Shown: positions 9,516 to 18,219 of the stretch, piece after piece
How the letters are laid out: every line of letters starts with the position of its first letter
Position numbering within the stretch: the first letter of the stretch is position 1
Source: Trypanosoma brucei
Taxonomy: Eukaryota
Assembly: GCA_000002445.1 (NCBI GenBank)
Contig: CP000070.1
Span: 1,120,001 to 1,184,000, forward strand
Length of the DNA: 64,000 nucleotides
Direction of reading: 5' to 3'
Made by a program: the position numbers and the translations under genes
The notes under the pieces: model-generated
The model's database searches: none
Seen by the model: only the letters and a program-made list of their open reading frames with translations
What the model was told of the DNA's origin: nothing

Positions 9516-11657
9516 AGGCTGGCATTAACACGCTTGCACGCATTGTTGAAAAAAACTGAACTTCCTCATTATTTCTTGGAACCAGTCTAGCGGCTCAGTT
9601 GCTAATACTTTTGCCGTAGCCACCAGGCTTCCAAATAATTTTTCAAGGTCTCGCAGGTCGATTAATTTCAAATATTCTTGTGTCGTCATCTGAATAAATT
9701 GTCTAGCCACATTATTTTCAATTTATTCAGATGTTTTTCTGTTACTTGTACACTTTTATTATTGTGGTCCAAGACCGCTCCTATGGAATCATAACTGGTG
9801 GCGTAAGGCAGCGGTTCGGATAATGTCACGCAGTATTTCTCCACCTTGCCGTGGAGGAGGCTAATTATTTTTGGCGCTTGTTTTTCCGTAATTGCTAGTC
9901 TGAAATTATCGATCCAGACATCACCGTCTATCATCCGGTGCTCTCAACGCGTTACCTGCGAGTGCCCCGTTAATGTCATTACCAACCACTGCATAATTTC
10001 GCAGCTTGTTGTTAATCCCATGGGCAATTGTGTCATTTCCAAAGGCGAACCATCTGCAGTTGCAATGGAGAAGCATGCGGTGGTGTTTACCGGCAGGTCA
10101 ATTTCATAGTAACTTGCTTTTAAATCACCCACTATTGCTCCAGCAGCGGAGAGTATGTCCAGGTACTCCTGGAACGGGTTTAATTCCACTATACAGCGAT
10201 AATCACACACATTATCTAAATAGTCATTCGTCGTGTTTGGCCATACCAATAGTCTCCTCCTGTTTTTCCAGGGTTCATCGACTGTAGATGCACGGGCGAC
10301 TGGGGGATCCACTGTCGATTTCGTGATATTCGCGCTGAGTACGGTCTTGGCATCACTGGATGATAGCCACTAACGCGCTGGGACGTCGCCTATTTCGTCC
10401 CGTCTTACGTATTGCGCGGCATCGGCTAATTGCCGGAGCAGCACTTGAATTCTTTCTTGCACCTTATTTTTTGTCGAACGCAATAGTTTACGCCATAGCA
10501 TCGGCTTGACTTCCGGTGCTTGAATGGGCATTTTAAGGTCCGGACAGTGCTCTCGCTCAGAGTTCCCTGACGAACAGGGCCTAATCTGCGCGCGGGGGAC
10601 AGTCACTGGGTTAGGTGGTGCCGGAGCTACTATTTTATTTGTGCATCCCCGTATCTCTTTGTTGCGTATATCCGCGCGCGGATCGCAACACCCCCATAGA
10701 ATTTTCTTGTTTCCCATGTGTTTTCGAACATATTCACTGTTCTTGTGGATTTGTAGTTTTGACCATTCTTTCTTCGCCTTTTGTTTCATTCTCTTATGTC
10801 GGGAGCGGTATATTTTACGAGCCCCGCTCAGTCTCGCCTTTGCTACTGTTTCCGCGATGGGGACTTCCTTCGCCCGTTTGGGCTTGTTCGACGCTGATGG
10901 TTGTTGAAATTGCTTCAATTCCGTCCTTGGCGACTTCTCTGAGCTCTTTGTTTTGCAGCTGCGTTTGCCATCTTATCATACATTGATACCTCCTTCAGTA
11001 TCCAATCCTTCTTGTATTGCCCGTGGGATAAATACTCCTCTTTTCTGTGCTGCCATTTCCATTCGCCATGTTTTATACATAGCTGCCCCTGTTGTTATAT
11101 ATTGTATTGGCATTCTATTCGCCGTAGCCACGAAGTGGTCATAATACCGTACCCATCTTGTGAACGTCCAAAAATGTAGAGATGATTCACTTCCCCCCCA
11201 TTAATTTACAGAATTGTACCATGAAGGCCTCTCAGGATTCCCAATTGTAGTCCCACATTCGTCATACAATTGTAAAAGTCCTTCAGAGGTTTCCGCTCTG
11301 TTTTTCCATCCGACCCAGTTTATACTAAAGCCGAGCGGAGTAGTGGAAACATGTTGGTACATCTGAGTGCTCTGTTGACGGTCTATGGAGGAAGGTTGGG
11401 GGTTTACAGACATCGTTTCCGAGGATCAGCGGCCACGGGACCTTTTGGGCGTTTTGTTCTTGATAATATTTTTCGAGCTTTTCCAATGTCTGAGCTTGCT
11501 GCTGAACCATTTCCTTTAATTCGTCTATTCTTAATAACGTGGTTAACCTGCTCAAAGTGTGCTCTGTATTTTATAAGTTGTTCTTTACAGTCGCCCAACT
11601 GTTTTCTCAAGTATTCAATTTCAGCCTCTATAGCCGGTGTGACTCCCGGGAAATAGT
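9516..11657 (-). mobile_element. Degenerate retroelement (gag-like plus Ty3/gypsy/DIRS-type reverse-transcriptase remnants), spanning right arm and unique centre
   Basis: Minus-strand order is coiled-coil gag-like ORFs (11610->11201), then the basic protein (10918->10370), then RT motifs in the unique centre. The RT motifs are GDLKASYYEIDL (cf. DLKSGYHQI), TACFSIATADGSPLEMTQLPMGLTTSCEIMQWL (cf. KTAF.T..G.YEF.VMPFGLTNAPATFQRLM), VWIDNFRLAI (cf. VYLDDILIFS), then FGSLVATAKVLATEPLDWFQE (cf. the post-RT F..LK.AL.SAPVL..PDF block). Multiple stops and frameshifts mean it is non-functional. Confidence 0.5.
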
Positions 11658-14117
11658 GACTTTTGCGACACGAGGTTTTCCCTTTCCTCGAGGTTTCTCA
11701 AACTTTAATCAACACCGCCGCCACTGCGATTCCTTCATACCTCCAACAGAATGCCGATCAGTAATTCAACAACGAGGGCGTGCTTGTGCCTCTCGGTTTG
11801 CCGATGCTAATCCGTCCTGGAAGGGAACTCCGGTCTAGCAGTCTCTCTCTCCACCTCACGGGTTCTATCAGCGACCAGTCGAGACAGCAGTTGTGACGTT
11901 TACTTTCCAATGTGAAGTAGATCCCCTGTAGATACCATCCCAACCCCCGCTGCCCAAAGTGCAGTGAAAGGGCTCACCCGCACCGCCGCATATTCTCCCG
12001 GCGCAATACACCGAGTGTTGCATAACTTAATTTTTTGAGGCTGCCGCTGCAACCAACAGCAGGCGTGCACCCTCGCATACCATCCAACTGTCCCATAATA
12101 AAGCGATTGGCCTCGATGCGCCTACCCAGACGCTCCATGCCTGATTTCAAATTACAACCACTACGCTTTGAGAATCAACATCCCCACAATAGAGGTGTAT
12201 GAAAAGCAGCTATTATGCATTTGTGTCACCGCTGTGCGCGGATGTTGTGGGTTCCACTGCCTTGACAACTGAGTGTGCCCCCTTTGCTAATTATGGTTCC
12301 TTTAATGAGCTTCAAATACGGTAAATAGTGGAAGAGGAATTAGATTTGTACAGCACACACTCATAGAAAGCGAAGCAGTGATACCACAATGGTTAAGTGC
12401 ACCGCACTGCTCACATCAAATGGGGAAGGAACAAATTATGCACCGCGGCGATCCTCAGGAAATCAAGTTCCAAGTTCATTACCGAAGTCCAAGCGCGTTA
12501 AAAACTCACAACAAGCTGTAGGTCGGAGCTGTTGCAATTGATAGCGAATCCGTTGCGACATGAAGGAAGTGGCAATCCTTTTCATCCTACATGAGGGCAT
12601 TCGTGCCTGAAATAATCAGATGGAGTTTGACATTAATGAGTTCAACGCCTCTACAGTGTTTGTTTGAGATTTGTATGAACTCAAACATCCCCTGCATCAC
12701 CATGCAATTGTCTTCAGTGGGATTACACACATGCTTACGCTCCACACCTCTGAGCATCTCGTAACAAGTCAACCAAAAGGGCCCCGCCAACTTCCGTTTC
12801 TCTCGCTGCTGCTCTCATTCAATCAGTCATAACCATTATATTGTAAATGTTTTTTTTTGTTTGTCAGGTTTCAGGAGGTTCCACTCGATGCTTTGGCCTT
12901 CGGGAGTCCCGCAACATCTCGAAGAACCGCCACAACGCTTCCATTCCTCTCACGGAGTTTCTGTTGTGCCACCTGCGCCTCCCAACCGCATTCACGCACC
13001 AAAAGTTGCACATCCTCCTCCGACACCGGGATCTGCGCCAACTCATCAGCTCGCTTCTTCTCAGCTAATTTCTTTTTCGCCACATCGGCATAAAGTTTCT
13101 GCATCCGCTGCTGCACCGCTTTCTCGTCATATTTCCGTACTTCTACTGCCTTTTCCGCTCCATCAGAAATTGTCCTCATGGATTTTTGCACATCGGATTG
13201 CCGAGTCATTGTTTCCAGGTGGGGGAAATAAAGAAGTGGGTGTCAGCAGTGCTTAATTTTGTCGACCGGAACCGCGTTAATTAGAGTCGTTACAAAATTA
13301 ATGACTACTAAAGCACTTAACTTCCAATAATGTTGCAACGATGGGTGTGTGGAGTAGAATAACTCAGAGCAAAGGTAAAAAGTTGCACGTGGGTGGGGTG
13401 TGAAAATACTACCAGATACATTGACACGAGTGCAGGCTATTAATATTCATAACCCCGCAGTGCTAAAAGGACCTTTTAATCATTCCAGTGGTTCATACGC
13501 AACAAAATACAGTCACATCCATAAACCACCATTCAACACACATCAATATTATCATTGATACCGAGACAACTAACAGGATTTCAACGAGGCGAGTGAGGAG
13601 ACAGAAAACTTCCCGAATATGGATTCAATTGGGAAGTATATAATACACACATTCCCATATTACGCTAACAACTTTGCAAGGTGGTGCTAACGGTAAAATG
13701 AGTAATACACAAAATGTATGTGGTATAATATGAAAGATGAAAAAGTAGGGAGGGAAAGGAAGGGGGGGCTCAAAGTAGTTTCCGTGCATGCAGTAACAGG
13801 AAGACCGCGTGTGCAAGATGTATTTAGACACTGAATAGTAGCCATGTGTTGTCCAATGCATATTTATCAGTCGTACATAGGGCAGTCAAAGCAACAAGGT
13901 GGGCGGGAATAAACGAGCAAGAGGGGGAAAAAAAACATAAAATAACATAAAAGGGGATGGGAGGCGTTCAAACAAAGAATGCCACCCCAAGCTCCTCACC
14001 ACACGTGGAGTGGGGTGCTGGTATATGCAGCGAAAAGCAAAAGCAAAAAAAAGTATATCAAAGAGACGCAGTGGAATGTTGTCCACAACTAACCGCGCAT
14101 TACTTCGGATTGTTGTC
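10482..14117 (-). repeat. Right arm of the large inverted repeat
   Basis: See left arm. Only one mismatch was found (5922 C vs complement of 14075), giving LVADNI vs LVVDNI in mirrored ORFs. Confidence 0.9.
12871..13209 (-). CDS. HYPK-like protein, copy 2 (identical mirror copy in the right arm)
   Basis: 112-aa translation identical to 6788..7126. Confidence 0.55.
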   Translation of the reverse strand: MTRQSDVQKSMRTISDGAEKAVEVRKYDEKAVQQRMQKLYADVAKKKLAEKKRADELAQIPVSEEDVQLLVRECGWEAQVAQQKLRERNGSVVAVLRDVAGLPKAKASSGTS

Positions 14118-14975
14118 AGCACTATTGCTATCAGATATGCCTTCGTTACTTTCTGTTTCCATTCTGGCATCGTCGACGTTTAGGACATTGACTGCATGTT
14201 TATTTGGAGTAGGAATGTCTTCCTCTTCTTCTTCTTCATCTTCCTCTTTTTCTGCATCCCTTCTCCATTTAAAAATTAAGAATACGCAAATTGCAGAAAC
14301 GAGAGCCATAAAAAACAAAATGACGCCCGAGAAGGTTCGCAGAGCCGCGCAGCCCTCCCCGCACCTATGAAGTTTTTCACTTATGGTCGGGTTCTTGACG
14401 CTCAGGAGGCGCACGGCACCGTTGCTACCGGTTTCGCTGTTACCACCGTACTCATTGTACAAGTTGTTTGTGTGTTTATACGTTCCTTGCATTAGTAACG
14501 ACGATATCTCGCTGGGATTCCATGTGTGCTGCATCTTCTCGCTCGGGGTACCATTTATCAAAACTTGCGTAATGGTCACTGTAACACTCATGTGTTTACC
14601 TCGAGTATTTACGTCGTTGATGTCAGCTGTGGTGTCGAAAGCGTGTCTCCGTAATATTTGAGCGTAAATATCAAGAAGAAGAGCCGTCTTTAGTTTCCTT
14701 TCACCCCCCGTATACACACCACCCCACTTATCGCCACTAAAAGTGATTACATGTTTCGATGTGCCCAACTGTTCTTCGTCAGTGGAATTATTGTCCCTCG
14801 GTGTTGCAAAGCAATTTTTCGAGAGAGTGGGCATGGGGATCAGCAACAGCATTGCTGCTGTTGTAAGAGAAAATGAAACCTTCACTGTCATTATGCTGAA
14901 AAGGGCTTTCTCTTTTCCTTTCTTTTTGTAAGCTACCCGTGTTTTACTTCTTTGCTCTAAGCCAAAACTTACCAA
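14100..14975 (-). CDS. Small type-I membrane protein, family member B
   Basis: Hydrophobic leader MTVKVSFSLTTAAMLLLIPMPTL. Motifs SKHVITFSGDKWG, TALLLDIYAQILRRHAF (identical 17-mer to member A), VTVTITQV, QHTWNPSEISSLLMQGTYKHT, CGEGC. TM VILFFMALVSAICVFLIF. Long acidic tail (EEDEEEEEEDIP...). The ORF-track start at 14975 is probably upstream of the true Met. Confidence 0.65.
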   Translation of the reverse strand: MVSFGLEQRSKTRVAYKKKGKEKALFSIMTVKVSFSLTTAAMLLLIPMPTLSKNCFATPRDNNSTDEEQLGTSKHVITFSGDKWGGVYTGGERKLKTALLLDIYAQILRRHAFDTTADINDVNTRGKHMSVTVTITQVLINGTPSEKMQHTWNPSEISSLLMQGTYKHTNNLYNEYGGNSETGSNGAVRLLSVKNPTISEKLHRCGEGCAALRTFSGVILFFMALVSAICVFLIFKWRRDAEKEEDEEEEEEDIPTPNKHAVNVLNVDDARMETESNEGISDSNSADNNPK

Positions 14976-15899
14976 TAATTCGAGTACGGTTGAAGAAAGA
15001 AAGAAAGGGGGGAGTGAAGGGAATCATGTTGGACAGAATCCACAACAAAAATTATAATTAACCGAATGGATCAACTTCATTGTCCAAACAGTCTCTGTTG
15101 TACTGCTGTTGTCGTCACCGTTCATTTGTGGTGAGGGAAGGAATTGTGTGTGCCGATTTATCCTTCCTGTTTTCTCTTAATAACGAGACAATAAAATAAG
15201 TGACCGTTAATATCTTTTATTTTCTTTTCTTCCCCCGGTACTCGAACCGCAAGGCGGGGGAGTCACATATAACGAGAGATCAAAGATACAAATAAATAAT
15301 ATAAAACAGCAGAAGGGCACACACACACATACATATATATATATATACATGTATGAGGGAACGAAATTAAGATAGTTTTTAACAAGGAGGAAGAAATAAA
15401 GCACTGAAAACTAAAAGAAACTCGACGCAACGGCTCTCAATATTCGCCGTACTTTACTCTCAGGGATCGCAGAGGTGTATTTTTTTTTCTTTCCTTGTCC
15501 CATTTCTTTTGGCACCTCCCGCGGCCTGCTCGTGGAAGAATGCACATAATTACGATAACTTACGTTCATGTCATATAAAATAATAATAATAGACAACAAC
15601 GACGCGGTGGCGATGATTGTTTTGATTAAATAACCTGAAGGGGGAAAAAAAAAAGAAACCTCAGTGGAGGAATATTCACAGATGGATGTTTTTTTCATTA
15701 TTATTTTGTTTTTGTTTCTGCGGGTGACAGCCTTTCCTTTAATTTTATTTGTTGGTTATGTACCGCTCATGTCCTACGTTGAGTGGTGGAAGAAGCACAA
15801 AAACAAGACTACAGCACAACTGAGTGAACAAATAAACTAACAACAAAAGTAATCGGATTGAAGCAGTGACGAATAAAACTTTTTTCACTACATATGCCT

Positions 15900-16613
15900 T
15901 TATTTGTTTGTTTCCTCAGTCCTATAGTGGTCTTGATTGTAAGGATGATTGGCATTGCTCTCATCTTTTTCTTTTGGTTCCCCACGGCAACAGTTGACGA
16001 TTAGGTAAATGATCAAAATAAGTAAAGAAACCCCCATTAAAATAATAACTACCATCGCCAGCTTTAATAGTCGCCTGCATGTGTCATCGCACTCACCAAA
16101 ATGCAGTTTTCCATCATGCACCTTCACGGAGATGAGTTCCGGTCTCTTCACACCTTCGTACAAACTTAGCGTTTTACTATAATCCGTCTGCGTAATAAGT
16201 GAATTCACCTCCGCAGGCGGCCAAATGTGTTGCCTCTCAGGATTTGAAACTTGTGCCCTGACGGTTTGTACAACAACTATGAGTATTTCGATAAAGTTGT
16301 GTGTGGGGTCGAATGAGGTAATTAAAACCTCCGTCAGAAAACTTCCATTCCGTTGCACGTAACGATCGATGTCGCTCACAAGTATTTCCCTCAGTTGTTC
16401 CTCTTTCTGCTGGACAGTTGCCGCCCAATTGTCGCCATCAAATTTCACGGTATGTTTTGATGTTGAGGACTGCTGGATGTCGTCAGCACACCTACCAGGA
16501 ACAGGAAGCAGCAGTAATAACACAGTGGTTGCCGCTAACAGGGAAAGGTGGAAAGCCTTCATCACCATTACGCCAAACTTTTGTTTCTCGTCGTTGCTGC
16601 TTTTCTTACTCAC
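15900..16613 (-). CDS. Small type-I membrane protein, family member C
   Basis: N-terminal 44 aa (MSKKSSNDEKQKFGVMVMKAF[H/P]LSLLAATTVLLLLLPVPGRCAD) nearly identical to member A. Divergent ectodomain with a QHIWPPAEVNSLITQTDYSKT motif, CDDTC pair, TM MVVIILMGVSLLILIIYLIV and a charged tail. Confidence 0.65.
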   Translation of the reverse strand: MSKKSSNDEKQKFGVMVMKAFHLSLLAATTVLLLLLPVPGRCADDIQQSSTSKHTVKFDGDNWAATVQQKEEQLREILVSDIDRYVQRNGSFLTEVLITSFDPTHNFIEILIVVVQTVRAQVSNPERQHIWPPAEVNSLITQTDYSKTLSLYEGVKRPELISVKVHDGKLHFGECDDTCRRLLKLAMVVIILMGVSLLILIIYLIVNCCRGEPKEKDESNANHPYNQDHYRTEETNK

Positions 16614-16785
16614 TGTGTGTTACCTTTTTCTCCACTTACTTGCTATGGGGTCTGTGCAAACATTGAAAAATTATGGGAAGAGTGAAGAGAAACAATGGTG
16701 CAGTGATTTGTGCTCTTGAGTTTGTACGGGTGTGCGCGTGTATTAAGTCAAGAAATGAGTGAGATAACAATGACCAATAAACAGG
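16497..16785 (-). promoter_or_regulatory. Conserved 5' flank/5' UTR block of the membrane-protein family (copy upstream of member C)
   Basis: About 285 bp nearly identical to 18108-18384 (upstream of member D). Its proximal ~180 bp is also found, reverse-complemented, at 5035-5215 (upstream of member A). It covers the presumed splice-acceptor region, 5' UTR and signal-peptide codons. Confidence 0.55.
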
Positions 16786-17538
16786 AGTCAGAAAGAGTAT
16801 TTGTACAAAGAAAAATTAGTGAACGATGCGGGAGAGCAACAACACAAGCTCAATAACAATAACGGAAAAAAGCAATGAAGACGACAGTCGCTTTGCCTAC
16901 TTGTCATCACAAATGTTAATTTCCTGCTGATGGGCAATAACCCAATGCCTACCCTCGGTAATTTGGTGAGATTCAGAGAAAAAAAGCAAAGGAATGTGGG
17001 AATTTCTTCGATCGAATGGAAACCCCTCAAAAAGGAGGAAAAAGTAAACATACGTAAAAATAACTCCCCCTCCTTCTGTCACACGAATATACAAGAATAT
17101 ATGTATTTTTACGCACACGTGAATTAAATGTTGCGCGCAACAAGAAATAAAACACAAGAGAACTTACATTGCCATTTTTTGTTTTAGTATCATCTGTTTA
17201 AGACAAATATCAACCGGTGAAGCACAAAGAGTTGTTGAAACAGAGATAAATAGATAAATTCAATAGTGTATATGAAGCACGGAGTGATGACAGTCGAAAA
17301 TACGAAGGAACGGGATGCGCATAACACAGAAGAGTGAATACGGTGCAATGACAAATCAAAAGAAAAAATACAACTCACTCGATATCATGAGACTTCTACA
17401 ATCAGAAAGCATTTGCTATTAGCGTGGAAAAAGAATGAAGAAGCAATAAAATATGTATAACAATGGCACGTACCTATAGCCACAGCTAGTATTGGGGGCA
17501 TCGAACCTGATGGGGCTAGTCCGCCGTTTTCGGTCACT

Positions 17539-18219
17539 TTAATCCCTTTCTTCAAGTTTCGGACGCCGGAAATGCGAATAAATCCAAATGTACGCCGTCA
17601 CACTAACTATTATGGTCATAGCAGCGAGAGACACGGCCACCACACCTCTAAGAATTTGACAGCTCGTGCCACATAATGGCGGACCCGGGGGAACCAAAGG
17701 AAGTCTGACGGTAATGAGTTCAACATCCCCATGGGGTTTGTACGTGCTTTTTGTGTGTTCAAATTTTCCCTGCATTATCATAGAGTTGGCCTCACTGGGA
17801 TTCCACACATGCTGCAACTCAGGCGTGGGGTCATCAGCCAATGCAACTTGTGTAACGGTCACTTCAACTTCCATTTCCCCCTCTCTCACTTTCATATTGT
17901 TGATGGTAACGGTGGTGTTGACGGCGTACTCCCGTTGCGTTTGCAAGTAAATGTCGAGCAAAAGTGACTTCCTCAACTTCGCTTCATCACTTATGACAAT
18001 TTCGTCCCATTTCGTGCCTTTAAAGGTGATTATGTGCTTCGATTTGCCGAACTCCGTTGGTTGCAAGTACAACATCGTACCATTGAGGCAGTCAGAGTGT
18101 GCGGGAACAGGAAGCAGCAGTAATAACACAGTGGTTGCCGCTAACAGGGAAAGGGGGAAAGCCTTCATCACCATTACGCCAAACTTTTGTTTCTCGTCGT
18201 TGCTGCTTTTCTTACTCAC
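17539..18219 (-). CDS. Small type-I membrane protein, family member D
   Basis: Same leader (MSKKSSNDEKQKFGVMVMKAFPLSLLAATTVLLLLLPVP). Motifs SKHIITFKGTKW, SLLLDIYLQ, VEVTVTQV, QHVWNPSEANSMIMQGKFEHT, CGTSC. TM VVAVSLAAMTIIVSVTAYIWI and a short basic tail. Confidence 0.65.
   Translation of the reverse strand: MSKKSSNDEKQKFGVMVMKAFPLSLLAATTVLLLLLPVPAHSDCLNGTMLYLQPTEFGKSKHIITFKGTKWDEIVISDEAKLRKSLLLDIYLQTQREYAVNTTVTINNMKVREGEMEVEVTVTQVALADDPTPELQHVWNPSEANSMIMQGKFEHTKSTYKPHGDVELITVRLPLVPPGPPLCGTSCQILRGVVAVSLAAMTIIVSVTAYIWIYSHFRRPKLEERD

Larger units (their letters stand above)
5859..14099. other. Convergent strand-switch region between a + polycistronic unit (ends 5858) and a - polycistronic unit (begins 14100)
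   Basis: All supported CDSs at or below 5858 are +. All supported CDSs from 14100 to the window end are -. Inside the SSR the two HYPK-like copies point inward, consistent with convergent transcription. Confidence 0.7.

Noticed and set aside
5880-14117. Interpretation of the palindrome as a pure assembly artefact
   Set aside because: Not fully rejected. However, the arms differ at at least one position (5922 vs 14075), the centre contains unique sequence continuous with a retroelement reading frame, and the flanks are distinct diverged paralogues. These points favour a real inverted duplication. Long-read validation is still required.
17461-17530. tRNA-like TΨC-loop motif (ggttcgatgcc on the - strand) near the start of family member D
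   Set aside because: I could not build a cloverleaf. The putative T-stem halves (GCCCC/GCCCC) are not complementary, and no acceptor stem or anticodon arm is evident.
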